32,000 bases of DNA from contig NZ_CP026606.1 in NCBI RefSeq assembly GCF_002945325.1, positions 690,001-722,000 of the forward strand, written 5' to 3'. The position numbers and the translations under genes were made by a program. Source of the stretch: Methanococcus maripaludis. Lineage in GTDB: Archaea > AGJL01 > Methanococci > Methanococcales > Methanococcaceae. A model generated the notes under the pieces. The model worked only from the letters and a program-made list of their open reading frames with translations. It did no database searches and was not told the DNA's origin. Positions 1 to 8,294 of the stretch are shown here, one piece after another. Position 1 is the first letter of the stretch. The number at the start of each line of letters is the position of its first letter.

Positions 1-1
1 A

Positions 2-898
2 AATAATATTTTTCCCTGCTGTGGAGAATACAGCGTAGATATTGTAAAAATTGGAATTAACAAAGTATTGGATAGTTTAAAACTTCAGAAACTCGAAATT
101 TCCGAAAAATTAATCGATAAAACTGATATAATTTCACTTCCGGTAAGACCGCCAAATTTATGTGCTGGATGCATGCACAGAACGGTATTCTACGCATTTA
201 AGGAAGTTTCAAAGGAATTAAAAAAACATAACATTCAAACAATATTTTCAGGAGATATCGGGTGCTACACATTAGGAAATGCTCCCCCATTAGAATTAAT
301 CGATACTTGTCTCTGCATGGGTGCAGGAATTAGTATTGCCGGAGGAATTTCGAGAACTACTAAAAATTCAAAGAATGTGGCATTTATTGGGGATTCTACA
401 TTTTTCCATTCGGGAATTCCTGCAGTAATTAATGCAGTCTACAATAATGCAGACGTTACAATCGCAGTATTGGATAACCGGACTACTGCAATGACTGGAC
501 ACCAACCACATCCTGGAACTGGAAAAACTGCGCTTGGGAACCTTACAAAATTAATCGATATTGAGGGAATTTTGAAAAGTTGCGGAGTTGAATTTGTAAA
601 AACGGTCTCTGCAGATGATTTTTCTGCATGTAAAGAAATTTCAAAAGAAGCTATTGATTATAATGGCCCTTCTGCAGTTGTTTTTAGAGGAAATTGTGTT
701 TCAATCGTTAAATCCGATAAAAAATATGCCATTGATAAAAATAAATGTATAAGCTGTAAAATCTGCGTTGAAAGACTTGGATGCCCTGCAATAACTATGA
801 CTGGTGAAATTCCAGAAATTATGGAAAACTGTACAGGTTGTGGACTTTGTAAAGCCGTCTGTCCTGCTGATGCAGTAATTGAGGTGACCAAACAATGA
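2..898 (+). CDS. iorA: indolepyruvate:ferredoxin oxidoreductase alpha subunit, C-terminal part (5' end lies upstream of the window)
   Basis: The frame is open from nt 2. The ORF-track start at 68 is only an internal TTG. TPP-domain motifs GDIGCYTLG and GDSTFFHSG are present. C-terminal 2x[4Fe-4S] motif CISCKICVERLGCPA...CTGCGLCKAVCPADA. The stop overlaps the next start (ATGA at 895-898). Confidence 0.88.
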   Translation, partial: NNIFPCCGEYSVDIVKIGINKVLDSLKLQKLEISEKLIDKTDIISLPVRPPNLCAGCMHRTVFYAFKEVSKELKKHNIQTIFSGDIGCYTLGNAPPLELIDTCLCMGAGISIAGGISRTTKNSKNVAFIGDSTFFHSGIPAVINAVYNNADVTIAVLDNRTTAMTGHQPHPGTGKTALGNLTKLIDIEGILKSCGVEFVKTVSADDFSACKEISKEAIDYNGPSAVVFRGNCVSIVKSDKKYAIDKNKCISCKICVERLGCPAITMTGEIPEIMENCTGCGLCKAVCPADAVIEVTKQ

Positions 899-1494
899 AC
901 TTCAGTGTAATAATTTGTGGAGTTGGCGGACAGGGTGTTGTTTTAGCATCTCGTCTCCTTGCAATAACTGCAATGAATTCAGGTTTTCACGTAAATACTG
1001 CAGAAACGCTTGGAATGTCGCAGAGAGAAGGATCAGTAGTAAGCCACCTGCAGTTTGGTGAAACCATAAAATCTTCATTAATCCCAGAAGGCGGTGCGGA
1101 CTTGATAATAGGCCTTGAATTATCTGAAGTTGCACGAAATTTACATTTTCTTAAAAAAAATGGTAAAATAATCACAAATTGCAAAATGATTCTTCCAAGT
1201 GCAAGATCTTCAAATGAAACATATGATTCAGAACAAATTATAAATTTTATTAATAAATACGTTAAATCAACAATTTGTATCGATTTCTCAAAAATTGCTA
1301 AACTCGCAGGAAATCCAAAATCAATGAATGTTTCAGTTCTCAGTGCTGCATTTTATACTGGATTTCTGCCTTTAGATTATAATGACTTTTTAAAAACTAT
1401 CGAATCAGAAATTCCTGAAAAATATAGGGATATCAATTTAAATGCTGCCAAATTATCCGCAGAAACAATTATGCTGGAGGGCAATAATGAATAA
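895..1494 (+). CDS. iorB: indolepyruvate:ferredoxin oxidoreductase beta subunit
   Basis: ATGA overlap with iorA and SD GAGGTGA at 881-887. N-terminal ICGVGGQGVV glycine motif of the gamma-like OFOR domain. The 199-aa size fits IorB. Confidence 0.85.
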   Translation: MNFSVIICGVGGQGVVLASRLLAITAMNSGFHVNTAETLGMSQREGSVVSHLQFGETIKSSLIPEGGADLIIGLELSEVARNLHFLKKNGKIITNCKMILPSARSSNETYDSEQIINFINKYVKSTICIDFSKIAKLAGNPKSMNVSVLSAAFYTGFLPLDYNDFLKTIESEIPEKYRDINLNAAKLSAETIMLEGNNE

Positions 1495-2731
1495 TAAACA
1501 ACTGGAAACGTATGCATTGGTTAAAAAATTACTCCGACACGTTTCAGAGGGTAGTGACTTTTACAAAAACAAATTTTCAAAAACGGGTATAAATATTGAT
1601 GAAATTAGTTCGCTTGAAGATTTTAAAAAAATTCCGTTCACTGAAAAAGAAGAATTAAGAAATGCATACCCTTTAGGCCTTCAGGCAGTTCCTGATGAAA
1701 AAATTGTCAGGATACACTCGTCATCCGGAACAACGGGAAGTCCTGTAATCATACCCTACACCCAAAAAGACGTGGATACGTGGTCAGAAATGATGATGAG
1801 ATGCTACCAAATGGCGGGCGTTACAAATAAAGATAGAATACAGATCACTCCAGGATACGGATTATGGACAGCAGGGATAGGATTTCAGTTAGGTGCCGAA
1901 CGTTTGGGTGCAATGGCAATACCAATGGGTCCAGGAAATACTGAAAAACAGCTTCAAATGATGGTGGATTTAAAATCTACCGTTTTAACATCTACTTCGT
2001 CTTATGCATTATTACTCGCAGAAGAAATACGGAAAAAAGGAATTCATGATAAAATTCACTTAAAAATAGGTGTAATCGGCTCTGAGAGATGGAGCGAAAA
2101 GATGAGAAATAGGATCGAAAGCGAACTTGGGATAAAAAGCTTTGATATTTACGGATTAACTGAAATATATGGGCCAGGAATTGCACTCGACTGCGAATAC
2201 CACGAAGGAATGCACTACTGGTCTGATCATTTATTATTTGAAATCATCGATCCAGTTACTGGTGAAAATTTACCTGATGGAGAACTTGGAGAACTTGTAA
2301 TTACAACACTTACAAAAGAAGGAGCCCCGCTTATAAGATACAGGACAAGGGATTTAACGAGAATTATTCCTGAAAAATGTAAATGCGGAAGTGAATATCC
2401 CAGAATCGATAGAATTCTTGGAAGGGCTGATGATAGAATCAAAATAAAAGGGGTAAATATATATCCGGGACAGATTGAAGATTTAATACATAAATTAAAT
2501 GGTGTAAGTAGCGAATACCAGATTATCCTCAGCAGATTCGAAGGTAGAGATTCTATGCTATTTAGGGTAGAAGTTGATGTTTCAGAAAAAGATTTTGAAG
2601 AAACAAAACTTGCAATCATAAAAGCATTTAAAACATACATAGGAATTTCACCCGACGTTGAATGTTTAAAAGTTGGAGAACTTCCAAGAAGCGAAAAAAA
2701 GAGTAGAAGAGTCTTTGACAATAGGGATTAA
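1487..2731 (+). CDS. paaK: phenylacetate-CoA ligase family adenylate-forming enzyme (PaaK / coenzyme F390 synthetase-like)
   Basis: AMP-binding motifs SSGTTGSPV and YGLTE. C-terminal PRSEKKSRRVFDNR tail typical of PaaK. I prefer ATG 1487 (SD GGAGGG at 1476-1481) over the track start 1442, which would overlap iorB by 53 nt. Confidence 0.82.
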   Translation: MNNKQLETYALVKKLLRHVSEGSDFYKNKFSKTGINIDEISSLEDFKKIPFTEKEELRNAYPLGLQAVPDEKIVRIHSSSGTTGSPVIIPYTQKDVDTWSEMMMRCYQMAGVTNKDRIQITPGYGLWTAGIGFQLGAERLGAMAIPMGPGNTEKQLQMMVDLKSTVLTSTSSYALLLAEEIRKKGIHDKIHLKIGVIGSERWSEKMRNRIESELGIKSFDIYGLTEIYGPGIALDCEYHEGMHYWSDHLLFEIIDPVTGENLPDGELGELVITTLTKEGAPLIRYRTRDLTRIIPEKCKCGSEYPRIDRILGRADDRIKIKGVNIYPGQIEDLIHKLNGVSSEYQIILSRFEGRDSMLFRVEVDVSEKDFEETKLAIIKAFKTYIGISPDVECLKVGELPRSEKKSRRVFDNRD

Positions 2732-2762
2732 TTTTTTATTTTTATTTTAAAATTTTGTTTTG
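2732..2762 (+). terminator. oligo-T tract terminator of the iorAB-paaK unit
   Basis: T6, T5, T4, T4 and T4 runs begin immediately after the paaK stop. Archaeal RNA polymerase terminates at oligo-T. Confidence 0.45.
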
Positions 2763-2775
2763 AAGAATTTGCATA

Positions 2776-2904
2776 TTACAATAAGTCAGGAAGCCTGTAA
2801 ACTCCAAAAGCCAATAAAAAAACAGCGATAACAAAAAATACCATCCATAAATAGTAAGATTCTAGCTTAGCGTGTTTTGACATTAGTTTTTTTATTAAAC
2901 TCAT
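2776..2904 (-). CDS. possible 42-aa single-pass membrane micro-protein (below ORF-track threshold)
   Basis: Hand translation gives MSLIKKLMSKHAKLESYYLWMVFFVIAVFLLAFGVYRLPDLL. It has a basic N-terminus and then one hydrophobic helix. A TATA-like TATATATATTT lies about 45-55 nt upstream on the minus strand. There is no convincing SD. Confidence 0.3.
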   Translation of the reverse strand: MSLIKKLMSKHAKLESYYLWMVFFVIAVFLLAFGVYRLPDLL

Positions 2905-3020
2905 ATATATCACGTAGGTAAGTATTATTTCTGAGAAACCTAGTTTTTAAAAATATATATACTTTTGCAGAAAGTGGGACACAGTTCACAAAAATAATCG
3001 AAATTAAAAAAATGATATAT

Positions 3021-3476
3021 TTAAAAGAATGACATTAATACATTTACAACTGAGACTTTTATAGAATTTACAATTCCTACTCCTTCCATCCTTATTTTAT
3101 CTGCCTTTAAAGCACTTTGAGCAGAACTTACAGGATCATCAGAGTCCAAAATTTCCCGAACTGTGATTTCATCCGTATACATATTCATCGTTGCATTTTC
3201 CAAACTTCCTTTTTCAAAACTTGTAATAATTCCATTTTCAACAATTATGGAAACCTGTAAATCGCTTTCATTGGTTTTTATATTTAAATTTATTCTTTCA
3301 TTTTTTGCAATATTTGTTGCAAACGGAATTTTGTCGAGATCTTCTGAATGATTCATTGCAATTGCTTTCATTTCAGAAAAAAGGTCAGTGATTTCTGATA
3401 AATTTATTATTTCCCCCGATACTGATGTTAAAACCAGTGAAAAAACCAATAATAACATAAAAGCTGTTTTCTTCAT
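3021..3476 (-). CDS. exported hypothetical protein, possibly with an SCP2-like C-terminal domain
   Basis: N-terminal signal peptide MKKTAFMLLLVFSLVLTSVSG. The C-terminal ALKADKIRMEGVG resembles the SCP2 lipid-binding signature, but the match is weak. Starts 8 nt after the upstream gene in the same orientation. Confidence 0.55.
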   Translation of the reverse strand: MKKTAFMLLLVFSLVLTSVSGEIINLSEITDLFSEMKAIAMNHSEDLDKIPFATNIAKNERINLNIKTNESDLQVSIIVENGIITSFEKGSLENATMNMYTDEITVREILDSDDPVSSAQSALKADKIRMEGVGIVNSIKVSVVNVLMSFF

Positions 3477-3484
3477 AAAAATCC

Positions 3485-3925
3485 CTATTTTTCTAAACTT
3501 TCCAAAAATAGTGCAATCTTTTTTACAACTACTTTTGCATCTTCATCATTTTCAGGATATTCAATATTTAAAACGGGCATTTCTTTTCTTCGAATGAGAT
3601 ATTTAGTAAGTTCATTTGTCCTTTCACACCCTACGCATCCAAATCCGATTGGCGCATGAACCATTACTATTGCCGCTTCCGCTTCATCAATTAAGGGGCC
3701 AATTAAAGACATTCTACCACGAACACCTGATGGAACCTCAATAGCCGCATATTTAAGGCCTTTTTTAGGGTCTTCATCAGTTATATTTAATGGTGGCGTG
3801 TCAATTTCGAGGTTTCTTACTTTATCCCCGATTGCATTATTGATCATTAATGGCTTGTGACCAAATCTCTCCACCAGATCTGCCAAAATAAGGCTATTTG
3901 ATGGGAATATGAATACTTTTTTCAA
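3485..3925 (-). CDS. conserved archaeal/methanogen hypothetical protein (146 aa, [10 protein letters not shown] motif); family name uncertain
   Basis: TTG start preceded by a strong SD (GGTGA, 4 nt spacer). The next in-frame Met is residue 26. Compact alpha/beta-like sequence with a CxxC. I recall similar proteins as methanogen-specific DUFs but cannot verify this. Confidence 0.55.
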   Translation of the reverse strand: MKKVFIFPSNSLILADLVERFGHKPLMINNAIGDKVRNLEIDTPPLNITDEDPKKGLKYAAIEVPSGVRGRMSLIGPLIDEAEAAIVMVHAPIGFGCVGCERTNELTKYLIRRKEMPVLNIEYPENDEDAKVVVKKIALFLESLEK

Positions 3926-3945
3926 TATATCACCAGAATTGATAG

Positions 3946-4329
3946 TTATCTTGGAAAAGCTTCGTCAGGCAAAAATTTCGCCAGATCTTTTCTTCGAGTT
4001 ATTGAATGAATTTCTTCAAATATTCCTGCAGTTAAATCTACAATACCTACTGCACCAGTAATTTCATCTTCTTCTTTTACTGGAACAACCACAACAGGCA
4101 CTCCTGCGTATGGGCCACAAATAGGGGTTACCCTTAAAATTTCCCCGCAGTCTAAAACCTGCTTTAAAACATATCCTTCGTAATTGTCGTCTAATAATTT
4201 TCCTTTTTCAATCCTAACTCCCGGTTTATCCCTAGAACGCATTGTCACTGGCGATTTATTAACCAATATGTGTATAGCATAAGCCAGTGGAAATATGTCC
4301 TTAGAACTGGTGCCCTTCAAATCAAGCAT
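3946..4329 (-). CDS. conserved archaeal hypothetical protein (127 aa)
   Basis: ATG with strong SD (GGTGGTGAG). 20-nt gap to the next gene in the same orientation. No motif I can assign. Confidence 0.5.
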   Translation of the reverse strand: MLDLKGTSSKDIFPLAYAIHILVNKSPVTMRSRDKPGVRIEKGKLLDDNYEGYVLKQVLDCGEILRVTPICGPYAGVPVVVVPVKEEDEITGAVGIVDLTAGIFEEIHSITRRKDLAKFLPDEAFPR

Positions 4330-4383
4330 GCTCTCACCACCTATTTAAGAACATATGTATCTCAAAGTATTAATATTTTTTAA

Positions 4384-4968
4384 TCAATCTTGAAGTTCGA
4401 CCAATTTATCATAAAACCGATTTAATGATTTTCTCGCATGTTTTAATTTTAAATTCCCTTCATCAAGCAATATATCCAAATATTCGCGATTAACCACCAT
4501 TTTTCCATCGTATGCAATTGGAGCATCCATTTTAGCGGTCGTCATAATTTCTACAATGTATCTTTTACTTGAAATCGATTTTATTGAAGAAGCTTTTAGA
4601 CCGTTGTGGTATGCAAGTTCTAAAAGCTTTTTACTGGTGTCCGCATTTCTTGATGCAACGTGTAAAATTGGAGAATTTAAAACAAATGAAATTTTTTCAA
4701 AATTTTCAGATTTTTTTAAAAGTGCTTCATCAATTTCATCGTAATTGGCATAATGGTGCCATTTTCCAAGCCATCTTGAGTTTATTTTTGGATTTTTATC
4801 CTTTGGAAACTCAATTATTCCACATCTCCCAATACAGCTACTTGTAGTGTAGTAATCTTTAAATTCATTTATTTTATCTACCAAATACATAACTTCAAGG
4901 TCCACAAAATCATTATCAAGTGCTTCTTGGAGTTTTTTTAGAGTAAATTCTTTATCATCATTAAACAT
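4384..4968 (-). CDS. taw3: tRNA wyosine-derivative methyltransferase Taw3 (TYW3 homologue)
   Basis: TYW3 signature TTSSCIGRCGI (SSCxGR) and a size of about 190 aa. SD GAGTGA before the ATG. Confidence 0.8.
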   Translation of the reverse strand: MFNDDKEFTLKKLQEALDNDFVDLEVMYLVDKINEFKDYYTTSSCIGRCGIIEFPKDKNPKINSRWLGKWHHYANYDEIDEALLKKSENFEKISFVLNSPILHVASRNADTSKKLLELAYHNGLKASSIKSISSKRYIVEIMTTAKMDAPIAYDGKMVVNREYLDILLDEGNLKLKHARKSLNRFYDKLVELQD

Positions 4969-5091
4969 ATTTTCACTCGTTTTTAGAATAAGTTAAGTTT
5001 CAAAAAATAATATAAAAACATTAACCTAAAAGTAATGACTTAAAAATTCGAGTAAAATTATTAAAAAAAGTAAAATCAAAAAATAGAGAAA

Positions 5092-5436
5092 TTAAAAGTT
5101 AATTGTTTTATCTGCTTCTTTTACGAAAGCTATTAAATCGTGCATTGTTCCAAAAGCAATTCCGTCAAGAAGTTCTTCTTCAGAAATTCCTCTTGCTTTT
5201 CCGCATGGACCGCATGCTTTTACTACTGCTCCTGCTTCAATTGCGTTTTCTAAAAGTTCTGAATATTTAGGAACTCCTGCTGGGTTTTGGTCTTTTTTAC
5301 CAACATAAACCCCATCTTCGAGTAAAAATATATTAACGTCAATTCCCTCTAAAAGGGCAGTTAGTGCAAATCTTAAAGCAGAGTAAGCTCTTTCTTTTCC
5401 GTAAGGTGCATCTCCTATTATAACTGTAAATTTCAA
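5092..5436 (-). CDS. DsrE/DsrF-family sulfur-relay protein
   Basis: MKFTVIIGDAPYGKERAYSALRFA opening and conserved Cys region KACGPCGKARG. TTG start with strong SD AAGGTGA (4-nt spacer) overlapping the end of the tusA-like gene. Confidence 0.75.
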   Translation of the reverse strand: MKFTVIIGDAPYGKERAYSALRFALTALLEGIDVNIFLLEDGVYVGKKDQNPAGVPKYSELLENAIEAGAVVKACGPCGKARGISEEELLDGIAFGTMHDLIAFVKEADKTINF

Positions 5437-5445
5437 AATTTCACC

Positions 5446-5658
5446 TTATTTTTTTATAACTATTTTGAATCCGTCTGAACTTTCTTCAGTGGATAGTACT
5501 TCATGACCTTTATCTTCCACGAATCTTACGATATTTTGAAGAGCTGGCTTGTAATCTCCAGTAACGGTTAATTCATCTCCAGAAGTTAATGAATCTAATG
5601 CTTTTTTTGTTTTTAAAACAGGCATAGGGCATACTGTTCCTGTAACGTCAAGTTCCAT
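5446..5658 (-). CDS. TusA/SirA-like sulfurtransferase
   Basis: 70 aa with the diagnostic CPMP motif (VTGTVCPMPVLKTKKAL). SD GGGAGG before the ATG. Confidence 0.82.
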   Translation of the reverse strand: MELDVTGTVCPMPVLKTKKALDSLTSGDELTVTGDYKPALQNIVRFVEDKGHEVLSTEESSDGFKIVIKK

Positions 5659-5730
5659 AATAAAACCTCCCGATATATATTAGATATACTAATATCTTTT
5701 AAAACATTGATTTATTTTTTACCAAAGCGC

Positions 5731-5764
5731 TAATCTGCTACAATTTATATTTTTAGGCAGATTA
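5731..5764 (-). promoter_or_regulatory. 8-bp inverted repeat (TAATCTGC ... GCAGATTA) bracketing a TATA-like box upstream of the tusA-dsrE pair
   Basis: Arms at 5731-5738 and 5757-5764. The 18-nt spacer contains TTTATATTTTT. The site lies about 75-105 nt upstream of the tusA-like ATG (5658). Confidence 0.3.
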
Positions 5765-5814
5765 TATAAATATATTTATTAATTATTCTAATAAAGCTTA
5801 AAATATTCTGAAAA

Positions 5815-6504
5815 TTAATATTCCAAGAGTTCAAAGTACTCATAATCAATGATGTTATCTTTTACCATCCACAATTCACGATATTTTCTTGAAAGTTCGA
5901 TTAATTTCTTTAAAATATCTTTATCAGTTTTTCCCCGCTCAAAAAGCTCGTCAACTATTAAAAATAATATTTCTTCAAGTTTTTTTCGCTCCTGAATGTA
6001 TTTTATCACTTCAGGAATTATTAAAATAAGTTCTTCATTTCCAGCATTCTTTAAAAATTGATTCCTCAAAAACGAAGTGAAAGTAAATACATTTTTCTTT
6101 TCTATTTTTGTAAGTTCTAACATGTTTTTTGCAGTATCAAGAAGGTTTTTATCAGTTTTTATAAATTCATCCCATAAATTGTGTTTTTCGACAATACTTT
6201 CAAAAATTTTTAAAATTTCCAATTTATCAAGTTTTGAAAAATTTAAGAATAATTCATCCCCATCAACATATTTTCCAGATTTATAAGACTCTAAAAGAGC
6301 ATATGCGTGTTTACAGTTGTATTGATAAGGACAAGTACAAATTCCGGTTTTTGTTTTTAAATCCACCTTTGTTATATATTTATTCCCCCCATAAACCGTT
6401 CCATGAAGGGTATTCCCTCGTTTTACACAGTATTTTACCATGTTTTTTAAAAAATATTCGCGTCCCCTTTCTCGAACCATTTCATCATATATGTCGTCAT
6501 TCAT
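5815..6504 (-). CDS. SWIM zinc-finger protein
   Basis: The CxCx(n)CxH motif CTCPYQYNCKHAYAL is the SWIM signature. I prefer ATG 6504 over the track TTG 6546, because 6546 leaves only 30 bp for two divergent promoters. TATA-like boxes sit in 6527-6556. Confidence 0.7.
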   Translation of the reverse strand: MNDDIYDEMVRERGREYFLKNMVKYCVKRGNTLHGTVYGGNKYITKVDLKTKTGICTCPYQYNCKHAYALLESYKSGKYVDGDELFLNFSKLDKLEILKIFESIVEKHNLWDEFIKTDKNLLDTAKNMLELTKIEKKNVFTFTSFLRNQFLKNAGNEELILIIPEVIKYIQERKKLEEILFLIVDELFERGKTDKDILKKLIELSRKYRELWMVKDNIIDYEYFELLEY

Positions 6505-6576
6505 GTTATCACGGAATCTAGCAATGTTAAATATATTCAAATTCAAATTTATATGTGTATTTGGTGGAGGGAAAAT

Positions 6577-8289
6577 ATGAATCTTGAAAAAGAAGTTTCG
6601 ATAGTCCTCGGCGGCGCTGCAGGACAGGGGATACAGACAATTGAAGAATCCCTTACAAAAATATTGAAATTATCAGGATACAATGTATTTGCTACAAAAG
6701 AATACATGTCAAGAGTTAGGGGCGGAATAAACACTACTGAAATTGTAATATCCTCGGAAAAACAGCGTTCTTTTTTAAAAAGAATAGATTTGCTGGTAAC
6801 ATTTAAAAAAGGTGTTTTAAACCACCTCAAAGATAGAATTTCTGAAAATACAATTATTTTAGGGGAAAAAGAAAATATTGACGAAGAATTTATAAATAAT
6901 AAAAATATTATTGATATTCCAATCCAAGAAATAAGTAAAAACATTGGAAACGTTTTGTTTTCAAATACGGTAGGTTCAGGAATAATACTTGGAATTTTTG
7001 ATTGCGATTTAGAGCTTTTTAATAAATATCTCGAAGATAAATTTTCTAAAAAGGGAAAAGAAATCGTAGATAAAAATATAGAAGCTGCAGAAAAAGGATA
7101 TGAACTTGGAAAAAAAATATTAAAAGATTTAGATTTAAGCTTAAATATAAAAAAAAATGAAAAAATTAATAATGAAATTATTTTAAGCGGTACAGAAGCT
7201 GTTGCACTTGGAGCTGCAAAAGCAGGTTGTAATTTTGTATCATTTTACCCGATGACTCCTTCAACAGGAGTTTCCACATTTCTTGCGACTCATTCAAAAG
7301 ACCTCGGAATTATTGTAGAACAGGTTGAGGATGAAATTTCTGCAATAAATATGGCTATTGGTGCAGGATATGCGGGAGCTAGAAGCCTTGTTACTACATC
7401 GGGGGGCGGATTTTCGTTAATGTGTGAAGCGGTAAGCCTTTCGGGAATGACTGAAACTCCAGTTGTGATATATCTTGCACAAAGACCGGGGCCCTCAACT
7501 GGGCTTCCAACAAGAACTGCACAGGGGGATTTAGAACTAGCACTTTATTCTGGGCATGGAGAATTTCCTAAAATTATATATGCGCCGGGAAAAATTGAAG
7601 AAGCTCATAAAATAAGTCAGATTGCATTTAACATGGCGGATAAATATCAAGTTCCGGTTTTTGTATTATCTGACGAATATTTGGCGGACACGTATTACAA
7701 TCTGTCAGATAATGAACTTGAAACCCTAAAAAAGGAAAATAACGTTGTAAAAACCAGCTTAGATTATAAAAGATATGAACTTAATGAAAATATCGTTTCA
7801 AAACGAGGAATTCCGGAATATGGGGAAGGAATTGTACTTGCGTGTGGAAACGAACATGATGAATTTGGAGATATTACAGAAGATATCGATTTAATAAACA
7901 AAATGACTGAAAAAAGGAATAAAAAGTTAGATTTAATTAAAAAAGAAGCGATTGAACCCGAATTCATTGGAAATGAAACTTACAAAAACCTGATTGTTTC
8001 GTGGGGCTCAACATTTTACCTGATAAAAGATGCACTTGAAAAATTAAATCTGAAAGATACTGCATTTTTACACTTCAACCAGGTTTATCCTATCTCAGAT
8101 TCTGCTGAAAAATACCTGAAAAATGCCGAAAAAGTAATAAATATTGAATTAAATTATACCGGACAGCTTGGAAAGCTTTTAAAACGGGAATTTGGAATTG
8201 AAATGAATGATAGTATTTTAAAATACGATGGAAGGGTTTTTGCAGTTGAAGAAATTATCGAAAAAATCGAAAAAGTTTTGAGGGAGTGA
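6577..8289 (+). CDS. 2-oxoacid:ferredoxin oxidoreductase, fused gamma-alpha subunit
   Basis: N-terminal gamma-domain motif GGAAGQGIQT. Alpha-domain motifs FYPMTPST and VEDEISAINMAIGAGYAG. ATG 6577 follows SD GGTGGAGGG. Confidence 0.85.
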   Translation: MNLEKEVSIVLGGAAGQGIQTIEESLTKILKLSGYNVFATKEYMSRVRGGINTTEIVISSEKQRSFLKRIDLLVTFKKGVLNHLKDRISENTIILGEKENIDEEFINNKNIIDIPIQEISKNIGNVLFSNTVGSGIILGIFDCDLELFNKYLEDKFSKKGKEIVDKNIEAAEKGYELGKKILKDLDLSLNIKKNEKINNEIILSGTEAVALGAAKAGCNFVSFYPMTPSTGVSTFLATHSKDLGIIVEQVEDEISAINMAIGAGYAGARSLVTTSGGGFSLMCEAVSLSGMTETPVVIYLAQRPGPSTGLPTRTAQGDLELALYSGHGEFPKIIYAPGKIEEAHKISQIAFNMADKYQVPVFVLSDEYLADTYYNLSDNELETLKKENNVVKTSLDYKRYELNENIVSKRGIPEYGEGIVLACGNEHDEFGDITEDIDLINKMTEKRNKKLDLIKKEAIEPEFIGNETYKNLIVSWGSTFYLIKDALEKLNLKDTAFLHFNQVYPISDSAEKYLKNAEKVINIELNYTGQLGKLLKREFGIEMNDSILKYDGRVFAVEEIIEKIEKVLRE

Positions 8290-8294
8290 AATTT

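Noticed and set aside
7525-7532. An extra GGGGATTT copy inside the OFOR alpha gene.
   Set aside because: It lies in the coding frame (QGDLE), the flanking blocks seen in elements A and B are absent, and it is consistent with a chance occurrence.
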